Positions 20,585-30,444 of a stretch of 64,000 nt of DNA are shown here, piece by piece. The notes below the pieces were generated by a model. It made no database searches. It saw only the letters and a list, made by a program, of their open reading frames with translations, and was not told the origin of the DNA. The stretch spans positions 22,786 to 86,785 of the forward strand of contig JASLXV010000074.1 in NCBI GenBank assembly GCA_030740155.1, written 5' to 3'. Within the stretch, counting starts at the first letter, position 1. Each line of letters starts with the position of its first letter. The position numbers and the translations under genes were made by a program. This DNA comes from Dehalococcoidia bacterium. Lineage in GTDB: Bacteria > Chloroflexota > Dehalococcoidia > Lucifugimonadales > UBA3495.

Positions 20585-21250
20585 TCAGCGATCTGCTGTT
20601 TGCGGATGGGTGTTCTTGATGAATGCCCGAATCTTTGCATGATCCTTGGCCCCGTTCGTCTCCACTCCGCTGGAAACGTCCACCCCCCAGGGTCCCACGG
20701 TGGCCACGGCCTGGGCCACGTTGGCCGGGGAGAGGCCCCCTGCCAGCAAGAAGGAGAGTCCCCGCTGGGACAGCGACGCCGCGACCTCCCAGTCGAAGCT
20801 AGCTCCCGTGCCTCCCTGGAGCCCTGCTACCAACCGGTCCAGCGTCACCAGGTGCCCGGCGTCCCGGTAGGACCGGACGCGGTCGCCCAGGGCGGTTACC
20901 GCCGCCTCACCCGGTACTGCGGCGTCGACATGCACCACCTTGATGACCCGGCACCGAACGCTCTTGCAATACTCCAGCGTCTCTCCGCCGCAGAGCTGGG
21001 CCAGGTCCAAACCGCAGGTCCGGATAGTCCGGTTCACCTCGTCCAACGGCTGGTCGGCGAACAGCCCCACCACCTTGGGGACCGGGCCTCCGGAAGACCG
21101 CAACTCTTTCACGATGCCCAGGGCCGCTCCGGGCTCCAGGCAACGGCGGCGGCCGGGCACGAAGACCAGCCCGACGTAATCGGCGCCCGCCTCGGCGGCG
21201 GCCAGGGCGTCGGCCAACTCCCGGATACCGCAAATCTTGACCCTGGTCAT
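20585..21250 (-). CDS. trpF: Phosphoribosylanthranilate isomerase
   Basis: VKICGI, GGTGASFDW, LAGGLSPANV, GVDVSSGVE. Confidence 0.95.
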   Translation of the reverse strand: MTRVKICGIRELADALAAAEAGADYVGLVFVPGRRRCLEPGAALGIVKELRSSGGPVPKVVGLFADQPLDEVNRTIRTCGLDLAQLCGGETLEYCKSVRCRVIKVVHVDAAVPGEAAVTALGDRVRSYRDAGHLVTLDRLVAGLQGGTGASFDWEVAASLSQRGLSFLLAGGLSPANVAQAVATVGPWGVDVSSGVETNGAKDHAKIRAFIKNTHPQTADR

Positions 21251-22053
21251 GGGCCGTCCGGCGGGATGGCCTGTCCGGTGAATTCACGGACCTTTTCGCC
21301 CACGTCGGGAGCGGTGACCAGCGCCTCTCCCACCAAGACGCCGTTGACCCGCGTGCGGCTCAACCGGCGCAGATGCTCCTGGCTGTTGATGCCGCTCTCG
21401 CTGACCACGAGCCTACCCCTGGGAACCAGGGGGGCCAGCCGCTCGGTGACCGCCAGGTCGGTGTCGAAGGTGCTCAGGTCCCGGTTGTTGATGCCGATAA
21501 CCTCGGCGCCGGCGTCCAGGGCCACCCGCAATTCCGCTTCGTCATGGACCTCTACCAGGCATTGCATCCATAGCTCCTGGCTCAGATTCAACAGCTCCTT
21601 GAGCTGCTGGGGCGAAAGGATCGCCACGATCAGCAGCAGGGCGTCGGCCCCGGCCGCCCGGGCCTCGTGCACCTGGTACGGGTCGAAGATAAAGTCCTTG
21701 CGCAACACCGGCGCCCGTAGCGAGGCCCCAGCTTCTTTGATCCGGACGATGTGGTCCAGCTCTCCCTGGAACCGGGGATCGGTTAGCACGGAAATTGCCG
21801 CCGCTCCGTTGCCGGCGTAGGCGCGGGCGAGCCGCACCGGGTCGAAGCTGGGGCACAGCAGGCCCCGGGAGGGCGAGGCCTTTTTCACCTCGGCTATCAA
21901 CCGTATGCCGCTTCCCAAGAGGGCGCCCGACAGGTTCAACGGCGCCGGCCGGGACCCAACCAGGTCCTGGAGCGCCTCCAGCGGGACCGCCTCTTTCTGG
22001 CCGGCGACCTCACCGCGCTTGGCGGCGACGATTTCGTCAAGGATGCCCGGCAT
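21247..22053 (-). CDS. trpC: Indole-3-glycerol phosphate synthase
   Basis: IAEVKKASPSRG, LRKDFI, GINNRDL, SESGI. Confidence 0.97.
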   Translation of the reverse strand: MPGILDEIVAAKRGEVAGQKEAVPLEALQDLVGSRPAPLNLSGALLGSGIRLIAEVKKASPSRGLLCPSFDPVRLARAYAGNGAAAISVLTDPRFQGELDHIVRIKEAGASLRAPVLRKDFIFDPYQVHEARAAGADALLLIVAILSPQQLKELLNLSQELWMQCLVEVHDEAELRVALDAGAEVIGINNRDLSTFDTDLAVTERLAPLVPRGRLVVSESGINSQEHLRRLSRTRVNGVLVGEALVTAPDVGEKVREFTGQAIPPDGP

Positions 22054-22236
22054 CAGCCCAGCCCGACCTCCTGTTCTTTGACCAGTCTGGCCAAGGAACT
22101 GAGTTGGAATTCGGCAAGCTCTACGAGAAGAGTATCCACCGGTCGACTATACCTGATCTTCATCCCTGGGACGCCTCGCCGGGCAAAAAGTTACCATCAC
22201 GTTCTCTATTCCCGCTACATATCTTACGCTTGGCAC
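22053..22236 (-). pseudogene. Remnant of a DUF4258/DUF2283-type toxin-antitoxin pair
   Basis: 22147-22236 reads ..VMVTFCPARRPRDEDQV*, overlapping 22053-22163 MKIRYSRPVDTLLVELAE..SSLARLVKEQEVGLG*; family match is from recognition only. Confidence 0.5.
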
Positions 22237-22258
22237 AGGCCTTTCTTCCAGTTTGGCT

Positions 22259-23284
22259 TCAGCCAGCATCCTTACCCAGCCGCTGGCTCAACTCGATCAG
22301 CCCATCCAGCTTGGCGAGGGCCGCGCCGCCGTCGATGGATTCAGCGGCCAGCTTGATGCCCTCCCCGATGCTCGACACCAGGTCCCCGACCAGCAGCACG
22401 GCCGCGCTGTTCACGAGGACTATGTCGCGGATCGGCCCCGGTTCGCCCCCGAATACCTGCCGCATGGTGGCCGCGTTCTCTTCCTTGGTGCCGCCGCGAA
22501 TATCCGCGATGGAGCGTTCCGGCAGGCCAATCTCCTCCAGCGACAGCATCCAGGTCCACAGCTCGCCGTCCTTGATCTCCCAGATGACCGTGTCGCCGGA
22601 GAGGGTGATCTCGTCGAGCCCGCCTTCCCCGTGGACGATAACGCAATGGTGAGTCTCCAGCAGCCGCATCACCTCGGCCATCTTTTGACCAAGCTCGGGG
22701 AGGGCCACGCCCAGCAACAGGCTCTGAGCGCCCGCCGGGTTGGTCATAGGACCCAGGATGTTGAACACGGTGCGGATGCCCAGTTCCCGGCGGACCGGCG
22801 CGGCGTGGCGCATGGCCGGATGAAAGACCGGGGCGAACATAAACCCGATGCCGGTCTCATTGATGCAACGCTCCACACCCTCCGGAGGCAGGTCGATCTT
22901 GACGCCCAGGGCTTCCAACACGTCGGCGCTGCCGCAGGAGCCGGAGGCGGCCCGGCCCCCGTGTTTGGCCACTTTCAGTCCGGCGCCCGCCGCCACGAAG
23001 GCCGTGGCGGTGGATATGTTGAACGTGTTGTTGCCGTCGCCGCCGGTGCCCACGGTGTCCACCAACGGGCCGTCCACGTTCACCTTGAGGGCCTTCTCCC
23101 GCATCACCGTGGCAAACCCGGCGATCTCCAGGACAGTCTCCCCTTTGAGACGCAGGGCGGTGAGGAAGGCTCCCAACTGGGCCGGGGTGGCCTCCCCATC
23201 CATGATCTCTCGCATTACGGTGGCGGCATCGTCCCTGCTGAGGGAACCGCCGCCGACCACGGCTTCAATGGCTTCACGAATCAT
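22259..23284 (-). CDS. trpD: Anthranilate phosphoribosyltransferase
   Basis: DTVGTGGDG, FNIST, KHG, GSADVLEALG, RTVFNILGP. Confidence 0.97.
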   Translation of the reverse strand: MIREAIEAVVGGGSLSRDDAATVMREIMDGEATPAQLGAFLTALRLKGETVLEIAGFATVMREKALKVNVDGPLVDTVGTGGDGNNTFNISTATAFVAAGAGLKVAKHGGRAASGSCGSADVLEALGVKIDLPPEGVERCINETGIGFMFAPVFHPAMRHAAPVRRELGIRTVFNILGPMTNPAGAQSLLLGVALPELGQKMAEVMRLLETHHCVIVHGEGGLDEITLSGDTVIWEIKDGELWTWMLSLEEIGLPERSIADIRGGTKEENAATMRQVFGGEPGPIRDIVLVNSAAVLLVGDLVSSIGEGIKLAAESIDGGAALAKLDGLIELSQRLGKDAG

Positions 23285-23401
23285 CGGTCTGGTCTCTCCT
23301 GTGCCCCGGCCTTTGGCCCGGAAGATGTCGCTGCTTTTAGCTTGGAACCCCCATTGTAGCCTTCACCGTTCGCAAGGGGAACTGGACTGGCGGGCCCGCC
23401 T

Positions 23402-24772
23402 TTAACGCCCGTAGCTGCCGGTGAGCGTACTCTCGGCCAAGACGTGCCCGGCCATCGCGCCTTGGACCGATTCTTTGGACGCTCCGGCGGAGAGGTCCAG
23501 GGAACGGTCCAGGGCGTAGAGGAAGAACCGGTACTCGTGGGCCGGTCCCGAGGGCGGGCAGGGGCCGCCGTAGCCGGTCTCGCCCCAGCTATTGCTGCCC
23601 GGCACGCCGCCGCCGGTGGGCTCGCCCTCCGGCAGCTCCAGGGTACCGGCCGGGATATTGAAAACGGTCCAGTGGTCCCAGGTGCCGCCCGGAGCGTCGG
23701 GATCGTCCATGATGAGGGCGAAGGTCGCGGTCCCCGGTGGAGGTGAGGTCCAGGAAAGGGCCGGGGAGATGTCCTCTCCGTCGCAGCTGTAGCGGAGGGG
23801 GATCGCGCCGGCGTCGGGGAACGCGGTGGTGAGCAGAGCGAAGGGCTCCGGAGCGATCGTGGCCGCCGGAAACGTGGGCGTCGCCGGCGGCGGAAGGGTG
23901 GTCGAGGCTGCGGCCACGGTGAGGGACCGGGTGGAGCCCCCTTCGATCGAGATTTGATGGCCGCCGGGCGAGGCCCCATCCGGCACGACGAGAGCGCCCC
24001 GGCATACGTTGACGTAGCACCCGAGCGAGCCGAAGGGCTCGTCATCGAAGTACAGGTAAAACGATCTGGCCGACTCGATGTACCCCGTCACGGTCCCGTC
24101 GGCGGCCCTGAGTTCGGCATGGCCGCCGGTGCCCTCAACCCGGACCTCTTCTCCCGGCGCCGCCACCGAGGGCTCAATCTTGGACAGCGAAGGCCAGATC
24201 GTGACCTCGGTGGACCCCGGGGTCCCGGTGTACGGTCCAGGGGTTGGCGTTGGCAACACGGTAGATGCTGGCGCGGGATCCGGCGTGGCGGCGGAGGATC
24301 CGGTCACGGTGAGGTGCCGGCTCGAGCCCCCTTCGACGGAGATCTGGTGGCTGCCGGGGGATGCCCCTCCCGGCACGGTGAGAGAGCCCCGGCAGGCGCC
24401 GGTTTGACACACGAAGGAGCCGGCCGGCTCGCCATCGAAGTACAGGTCGAAGGATCTGGCCGACTCGAGGTGGCCGGTCACCCGCCCTTCGGCGGTGGTG
24501 AGCTTGGTAAGGCCGCCCAGGCCCTGAAGCTGTACCTCTTCTCCCGGCGCGGCAACCGAGGGTTCGATCTCGGCAAGCGAAGGCCAGACCACAACTGGGG
24601 TGGTCTCTGGGGGCCTGGTTGCCGGCCTGGTGGTAGGCGTCGCCGTCGGAGATGCCGTGGAAGCCGGAGAGGTGGGCAAAGGACGGGCCGTGGCAGCGGC
24701 GCCTCCGCAGGCTAATAGCGACAGCGCAAGTGCCAGTGCCGGAAATATCTTCAGGGAGACCGCGCCCTTCAT
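23402..24772 (-). CDS. Lipoprotein with two tandem Ig/IPT-like domains fused to a YbhB/YbcL (PEBP) domain
   Basis: Lipobox LLAC; 94-aa duplicated domain; C-terminal DDPDAP..WDHW..YGGPCPP..HEYRF. Confidence 0.85.
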   Translation of the reverse strand: MKGAVSLKIFPALALALSLLACGGAAATARPLPTSPASTASPTATPTTRPATRPPETTPVVVWPSLAEIEPSVAAPGEEVQLQGLGGLTKLTTAEGRVTGHLESARSFDLYFDGEPAGSFVCQTGACRGSLTVPGGASPGSHQISVEGGSSRHLTVTGSSAATPDPAPASTVLPTPTPGPYTGTPGSTEVTIWPSLSKIEPSVAAPGEEVRVEGTGGHAELRAADGTVTGYIESARSFYLYFDDEPFGSLGCYVNVCRGALVVPDGASPGGHQISIEGGSTRSLTVAAASTTLPPPATPTFPAATIAPEPFALLTTAFPDAGAIPLRYSCDGEDISPALSWTSPPPGTATFALIMDDPDAPGGTWDHWTVFNIPAGTLELPEGEPTGGGVPGSNSWGETGYGGPCPPSGPAHEYRFFLYALDRSLDLSAGASKESVQGAMAGHVLAESTLTGSYGR

Positions 24773-25048
24773 GATGCTACTCACTCAGGCCAAGGCGGCC
24801 GCGCCTGGCCTCGCTGGATCTTCCGCCTTCCGCCGGTAGGGCCGGTGCTTCTGCGATGTCGATGTCAAGGATCATCATAGCGGAGTCACCTCCCCTTCGA
24901 TCCAAACCCGATAAAGGCCAAACCCGATTACGGCCCTTGAGGCCGGCGGACCGGATGTTGTTCACGTTCTTGGCTGCGGTGGTACGCCTCAGTATAGAAG
25001 CAGGTTGCCGGTGGGAAGTTCCCGGGGAGGCGGCAGATTGCGAACGGC

Positions 25049-25621
25049 TTATCCTTTCACCCGGTCTAAGAAGTTCTGCAATAGGGCCTTGCCCTGGGGC
25101 GTCATGATGGACTCCGGATGGAACTGGACACCCTCCACCGGGTGCTCTTTGTGGCGCAGTCCCATAATCAGGCCGTCGTCGGTCCAGGCGGTGACTTCCA
25201 GGGAGTCGGGCAAGGTCTCCGGGTAGACCACCAACGAATGGTAGCGGATAGCCTCGAAGGGGTCAGGCAGCCCGGATAGCAAACCCTTGCCGCTGTGGTG
25301 GATCATGGAGGTCTTGCCGTGGCGAATCTCGGCGGCCCGGTCCACGCGAGCGCCGTAGACATACCCGATGCATTGGTGCCCCAGGCACACTCCCAGGGTC
25401 GGCAGTTCCGGCCCGAAGCGGCGAATCACGTCGTTGGAGATGCCCGCTTGCAGGGGGGTGGACGGCCCCGGCGAAACGATGATCCCCTCGGGGGCCATTT
25501 CCTCGATGTCCTCCAGGGTTATTTTGTCGTTGCGGACCGTCACCACCTCGGCGCCCAACTCCGACAGGTACTGGTACAGGTTGTAGGTAAAGCTGTCGTA
25601 GTTGTCGATCATCAACAGCAT
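25049..25621 (-). CDS. trpG: Anthranilate synthase component II
   Basis: IDNYDSFTYNL, SPGP, GVCLGHQ, RYHSL, QFHPES. Confidence 0.96.
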   Translation of the reverse strand: MLLMIDNYDSFTYNLYQYLSELGAEVVTVRNDKITLEDIEEMAPEGIIVSPGPSTPLQAGISNDVIRRFGPELPTLGVCLGHQCIGYVYGARVDRAAEIRHGKTSMIHHSGKGLLSGLPDPFEAIRYHSLVVYPETLPDSLEVTAWTDDGLIMGLRHKEHPVEGVQFHPESIMTPQGKALLQNFLDRVKG

Positions 25622-26061
25622 CAGAACAACTCCACGAACTCCAACCAGTTGCCGTCGGGGTCCTGGGCGTAGAGGGCCTTGCGCAGCAGCTTGCCGTACT
25701 CGTCCTCGAGGGCCGCCGGAGGGTTGTTGAACCGCAGGCCGCGCTGGGAGGTCTCGGCGTGGAATTTGTCGATGTCCGTCACGAAAAATGCCAGGTGGGC
25801 CGCGCCCAGATCGTTGCGGTTGATGCCGCCCGGACCGCTGGAGGGCGAAATGTACTGGATCAGCTCCAGTTGGTGGCCCTCACCCTTGTCCAGAAAGGCG
25901 CCCTTGATGTGGGCATCGGGGAAGGCCAGCAGCTGGGCGGCAAACCCACCCTTGCGCTCCATGCGGCCGGCCACCCGCATTCCCAGGACGTTGACGTAGA
26001 AGTCCATCGACTTCTCCAGGTCTTTGACCACAAATCCGGTGTGGAAGAATGAGGTCATCAT
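25621..26061 (-). CDS. VOC/glyoxalase family protein
   Basis: HTGFVV, ELIQY, HLAF, DPDGNWLE; GAGGAGG RBS before ATG 26061. Confidence 0.85.
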   Translation of the reverse strand: MMTSFFHTGFVVKDLEKSMDFYVNVLGMRVAGRMERKGGFAAQLLAFPDAHIKGAFLDKGEGHQLELIQYISPSSGPGGINRNDLGAAHLAFFVTDIDKFHAETSQRGLRFNNPPAALEDEYGKLLRKALYAQDPDGNWLEFVELF

Positions 26062-26100
26062 GGGTTCCACCTCCTCAGAGACAAACAATTAGACCGCACC

Positions 26101-26154
26101 CGTGGTTCGACAGGCTCACCACGAACGGGTGAGGTTGGTTCACCGCGAACGGGT
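26101..26154. repeat. REP-like family A copy
   Basis: GTGGTTCGACAGGCTCACCACGAACGG plus a partial second unit. Confidence 0.75.
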
Positions 26155-26264
26155 GAAATCCGCCGGCCCCGAGCGCGTCACACGGCCTGGACTCAGCCCG
26201 TTCCTAGCTATCATAGATTCATGCATTGATAGGTAAACTTGGTTTAGAGCTTGGTTGTGGTCCA

Positions 26265-26312
26265 AATCCCCCGTAGTCCCCCTTTAATAAAGGGGGAAAC
26301 AGGGGGATTTCC
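26265..26312. repeat. Palindromic family C (CCCCCTTT..AAAGGGGG)
   Basis: ATCCCCCGTAGTCCCCCTTTAATAAAGGGGGAAACAGGGGGAT; inverted related copy at 55351-55384. Confidence 0.65.
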
Positions 26313-26378
26313 CTCGCAGCGCAGCCTTCCATGTTGTTTGGGTACTAATGCAAGGGTCATTAAATAGGCGCGTAGCGC

Positions 26379-27839
26379 TCACTCCCTTCCCTCCGCCAGG
26401 TCGATGGCCCGCATCAGCGCGCCTGCCTTGTGCCTGGTTTCCTGATACTCGTCTTCGGCCACGCTGTCCGCCACGATGCCGCCGCCGGCCTGAACGCACA
26501 TTGTGCCGTCCTTGTAGATGCCGGTGCGAAGGATCAGGGCGGTGTCCATGTTTCCGGAGAAGCTGAAGTAGCCCACGGCTCCCCCGTAGGCGCCCCGTTT
26601 CTCGCCTTCAATTTCCGCGATGATTTCCATGGCCCGGATCTTGGGGGCGCCGGAAACTGTTCCCGCCGGGAAGCAAGAGCGCAACGCGTCATAGGTGGTG
26701 AGTTCCGGCTTCAAACGTCCTTCCACGTGGGACACCAGGTGCATGACGTGGGAAAAGCGCTCCACGTCCATGAGTTGGGTCACCGAAACGGTGCCCGGTA
26801 CGCTGACCCGGCCGATGTCGTTGCGTCCCAGGTCCACCAGCATGATGTGCTCGGCCCGCTGCTTCTCGCTGGTCTTGAGTTCGTGTTCCATGGCATCGTC
26901 CTCTTCGGGCGTGCGTCCCCTGGGGCGAGTCCCGGCGATGGGATGGGTCGCCGCGATGCCGTCCTGTACCTGTACCACCGTCTCGATGGCCGCGCCGACG
27001 ATCTGGAAGCCGTCCAGGTCCAGGTAGTACATATAGGGTGAAGGGTTTACGCTGCGCAGTGCGCGGTACACCTGGAACGGGTGGGCGTCGGTCCGGCGGG
27101 AGAACCGCTGGGAGTTGACTACCTGGATGATGTCTCCGGCGTAGATGTACTCGACGCACTTCTCCACCGCCACGCCGTAGGCCTCCCTGGTGAAGTTTGA
27201 ACGTGTGTCCGGAGGGGATTCGGGAGGGCCTCCGGTCCGCTCCAGACCAGCGGGAATCTTAAGGGGCTGAGCCAGCCTCTGGACCAAGTCATTGATCCGC
27301 GCCGTGGCCTCTCCGTAGGCCCGGTCCACGTCACCGTCCAGACGGACGTGGCTGACCACCTTGATGTCGTGCCGCAGGTGGTCGAACACCAGTAGCGTGT
27401 CAACGAAGGTGAACACCGACTCGGGCAAGCCCTGGGGGTCGGCGGGCATGGGGGGCACCCTGGGCTCGAAGTAGCTGATAGCGTCGTAGGCCACGTAACC
27501 CACGGCGCCGCCGTGGAACCGGGGTAGCCCGGCTACCGGGATAAGCTGGAACCGGTCCATCTCGGCCTGAACCAGGGTCAGCGGGTCCACCTGGCCTCCG
27601 GGCTGGCCCGGCCCGGTCTTCATGACCTGGTACGGCTCGGTCCCAATGAAGCTGTAGCGACCCAGCCGCTCCCCTCCGGACACGCTTTCGAGCAGGAAGG
27701 AGTAGGGAGGGCGGGCCACCTTCAAATAGGCGGATACCGGCGTCTCCAGGTCGGCATTGATGGAACGGTAGACGGGCACCAGGTTGCCCTGTCCCGCCAG
27801 CGCCTTGACTTCTTCCAACGACGGGGAATACTTCGCCAT
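26379..27839 (-). CDS. trpE: Anthranilate synthase component I
   Basis: LETPVSAY, LLES, NPSPYM, IAGTRPRG, EHIMLVDLGRND, PAGTVSGAPK. Confidence 0.96.
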   Translation of the reverse strand: MAKYSPSLEEVKALAGQGNLVPVYRSINADLETPVSAYLKVARPPYSFLLESVSGGERLGRYSFIGTEPYQVMKTGPGQPGGQVDPLTLVQAEMDRFQLIPVAGLPRFHGGAVGYVAYDAISYFEPRVPPMPADPQGLPESVFTFVDTLLVFDHLRHDIKVVSHVRLDGDVDRAYGEATARINDLVQRLAQPLKIPAGLERTGGPPESPPDTRSNFTREAYGVAVEKCVEYIYAGDIIQVVNSQRFSRRTDAHPFQVYRALRSVNPSPYMYYLDLDGFQIVGAAIETVVQVQDGIAATHPIAGTRPRGRTPEEDDAMEHELKTSEKQRAEHIMLVDLGRNDIGRVSVPGTVSVTQLMDVERFSHVMHLVSHVEGRLKPELTTYDALRSCFPAGTVSGAPKIRAMEIIAEIEGEKRGAYGGAVGYFSFSGNMDTALILRTGIYKDGTMCVQAGGGIVADSVAEDEYQETRHKAGALMRAIDLAEGRE

Positions 27840-28008
27840 TCAGCCCTTCCCGGTCTCAACCTCGCGACCGCTCAGCCCCTCGACCTATCGCGAGACCGCG
27901 GCGTACCCTGAGGTCGCTGAAAATTTGGTCCCGGTACGTCTCGCCTTTGCGGCTTATCCGGGCATGGCCGCCAGGAATAAAATAGATTCTTGGTCACAGG
28001 GAGCCTGG

Positions 28009-29361
28009 CTACAGCTGAGGCAACCCCGCGATGGCCTTCTCGATATCGGCCTGGGGGTAGGCGTAGTCTTCCAGCTGTCCTGTCAGATGGGCCTCGTAGG
28101 CGAACAGGTCGAAGTGGCCGTGGCCGCAAAGGTTGAACAGAATAACCTTGCTCTCGCCCGACTCCTTGCACTTGAGGGCTTCATCGATGGTGACCTTGAT
28201 GGCGTGGGTCGGCTCCGGGGCGGGCAGGATGCCCTCGGTGCGGGCAAACAGCATGGCGGCCTCGAAGATGGCCTTCTGGTAGACCGCCCGGGCCTCGACG
28301 ATCCCCGCGTCGCAGAGATGGCTGATCAGAGGAGACATGCCGTGATAGCGCAGCCCGCCCGAGTGGATGGGGGGTGGAACGAAGGTATGCCCCAGGGTGA
28401 ACATCTTGATCAGCGGCGTCATCTGCGCCGTGTCGCCGAAGTCGTAGGTAAAGGCGCCGCGGGTGATGGTAGGGCAGGCCTCGGGCTCCACGGCGATGAA
28501 CTGGATCTTCCGGCCCTGAGTCAGGTGGTCCTCGATGAAAGGGAAGGCGATGCCGGCGAAGCTGCTGCCCCCGCCCACGCAGCCGATGACCATGTCTGGG
28601 TAGTCGCCCGCCTGCTCCAACTGCTTCTTGCACTCCTGGCCGATGACCGTCTGGTGCAGCAGTACGTGGTTCAACACGCTGCCTAGGGAGTAGTTGGTGT
28701 CAGAGCGGGTGGCGGCGTCCTCCACGGCCTCGCCGATGGCGATGCCCAGACTGCCGGGAGAGTTGGGGTCCTGGGCCAGAATGCGCCGGCCCGCTTCGGT
28801 CTCCTGGCTCGGGCTGGAGACCACCGAGGCCCCCCAGGTTTCCATGAGGGTGCGGCGGTAGGGCTTCTGCTGGTAGCTGATGCCGACCATGTAGACCTTG
28901 CATTCCATGCCGAAGTAGTTGCAAGCCAGGGACAGGGCGCTGCCCCACTGTCCGGCGCCGGTCTCGGTGGACAGCCGTTTCACGCCTTCCAACTTGTTAT
29001 AGTAGGCCTGGGGCACCGCCGTGTTGGGTTTGTGGCTGCCGGCGGGGCTGACGCCTTCGTACTTGTAGTAAATCTTAGCCGGGGTCCCCAGCTCCTTTTC
29101 CAGCCGGTGGGCCCGGTACAAGGGGGTAGGCCGCCAGAGCTGGTAGATGTCGCGGACCGGCTCGGGTATTTCGATCCAACGCTCCTGGCTCACCTCCTGG
29201 CCGATCAGGGCCATGGGGAAAATGGCGCCCAGGTCGTCGGGGCCGATGGGCTGTTTGGTTCCGGGGTGGAGCACCGGCGCCAGGGGTGTCGGCAAATCGG
29301 CCTGCATGTTATACCAGTGAGTCGGTATATCGCTGTCAGGTAGCATGTACTTGGTCTGCAT
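28009..29361 (-). CDS. trpB2: TrpB2 (type II tryptophan synthase beta-like PLP enzyme)
   Basis: [45 protein letters not shown]. Confidence 0.95.
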   Translation of the reverse strand: MQTKYMLPDSDIPTHWYNMQADLPTPLAPVLHPGTKQPIGPDDLGAIFPMALIGQEVSQERWIEIPEPVRDIYQLWRPTPLYRAHRLEKELGTPAKIYYKYEGVSPAGSHKPNTAVPQAYYNKLEGVKRLSTETGAGQWGSALSLACNYFGMECKVYMVGISYQQKPYRRTLMETWGASVVSSPSQETEAGRRILAQDPNSPGSLGIAIGEAVEDAATRSDTNYSLGSVLNHVLLHQTVIGQECKKQLEQAGDYPDMVIGCVGGGSSFAGIAFPFIEDHLTQGRKIQFIAVEPEACPTITRGAFTYDFGDTAQMTPLIKMFTLGHTFVPPPIHSGGLRYHGMSPLISHLCDAGIVEARAVYQKAIFEAAMLFARTEGILPAPEPTHAIKVTIDEALKCKESGESKVILFNLCGHGHFDLFAYEAHLTGQLEDYAYPQADIEKAIAGLPQL

Positions 29362-29424
29362 CTGCCTTACCTCCGATATTTGGCAATCATTTGGGCCGAG
29401 AATAAATCAGGGCCGCGTGAAACG

Positions 29425-29765
29425 TAAAAACCCGCCCCAAAGGGGACGGGCCTGATGCCGCGATGCCACCCTCTTTGCCGGCCCTGTTCCCGGAGCGTAG
29501 ACGGAACGGCGCCAACATCTCAACCGGCGGAGGAGTCCTGGTCTACGTGACTCCCGTGCCTAGGACCGTTAACGGGGTCCAGCCGTCGCGGCCTAGCAGC
29601 GCTGCCTCGACACCGGGAATGGCTTGTATCCATCCGCTCGGTTGGGCCGCCCCTGATCGGCCTGCGGCTCCGGGGTCCATTCGTGCTTCCGCGCCTGGCG
29701 CCGGCTTCCACCTAGCCCGGCTCTCTGAGCCTCGCTTGAAGCCTACTACTCCCCTTCACAGCCTT
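29425..29765 (-). ncRNA. T-box riboswitch, Trp specifier
   Basis: Stem I motifs AGTAG, CAGAGAG, GGTGGAA; specifier GAA-TGG (29677-29679); T-box GGGTGGCATCGCG; terminator CCCGTCCCCTTTGGGGCGGG-TTTTT. Confidence 0.9.
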
Positions 29766-29786
29766 TGAGCCTAAATTGTACGGAGA

Positions 29787-29815
29787 AGTATAGGTGGGGG
29801 GTGTTGGGGTGTCAA
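29787..29815 (-). promoter_or_regulatory. Sigma70 promoter of the trp leader
   Basis: TTGACA-17 bp-TATACT just upstream of the T-box. Confidence 0.85.
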
Positions 29816-29844
29816 GCGCAAGAAAGATGACTGGAATACCCCCT

Positions 29845-30285
29845 TCACACCGTCGCCTCGCCTAAGCCGCCGTGCTCTGCCGGTTGGGCCTCGTTCGGGC
29901 CGGGCCAGAGGGGTGACGTGTAGCAGAGAAACCGCAACAGTCCGCCGCGCCCGGCGCTGAACTGGAAGCGCCAGCCCGGGGGGATCGTCAGGGCGTCGCC
30001 TGGGCCCACCGGCACCGTGGCCATAGCATCGGGGCCGGCGCCGGGCGGGCACCGCCATATTTGCCCGTGGCCCTCCAGGACGTACCAGATCTCCTCCACC
30101 CGCCGGTGCCACACCGGCCGCGACACCTGGCCCGCTAGCAGGGTCACCTCGCAGAGGCTGGCGCGGGTGGCGCCGTGCCGGTGGTCGACGAGCAACCGGA
30201 CCTCGGACCCGTCGGGAGCGGCGGCGTCTGGCTGTGGGTTCCGCCGCCCCACCGGCGGTGGTTGCTCCTGGGATAGTTGGTCCAT
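29845..30285 (-). CDS. Cupin domain protein
   Basis: APDGSEVRLL, HRRVEEIWYVLEG, IPPGWRFQF. Confidence 0.8.
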   Translation of the reverse strand: MDQLSQEQPPPVGRRNPQPDAAAPDGSEVRLLVDHRHGATRASLCEVTLLAGQVSRPVWHRRVEEIWYVLEGHGQIWRCPPGAGPDAMATVPVGPGDALTIPPGWRFQFSAGRGGLLRFLCYTSPLWPGPNEAQPAEHGGLGEATV

Positions 30286-30344
30286 GACGACGGGCCTCCG
30301 ATTGCTGTGGCCGTAATGTAGGTGACGGCCTGAGCGCCAGTTGT

Positions 30345-30410
30345 TTTTAGGGAAGCGTCAGGGGGACCCTTTCTTGCAAGAAAGGGTCCCCCTGAGACCC
30401 CTCCTAAAGA
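30345..30410. repeat. Long intergenic palindrome (REP-like)
   Basis: TCAGGGGGACCCTTTCTT-GC-AAGAAAGGGTCCCCCTGA with outer TTTAGG/CCTAAA arms. Confidence 0.65.
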
Positions 30411-30444
30411 ACCCAGGCTTGGAGTCAATGAATTTGCGGCGTGT

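Noticed and set aside
29413..29424. parS site
   Set aside because: Only half (CGTGAAAC) of the GTTTCACGTGAAAC palindrome is present
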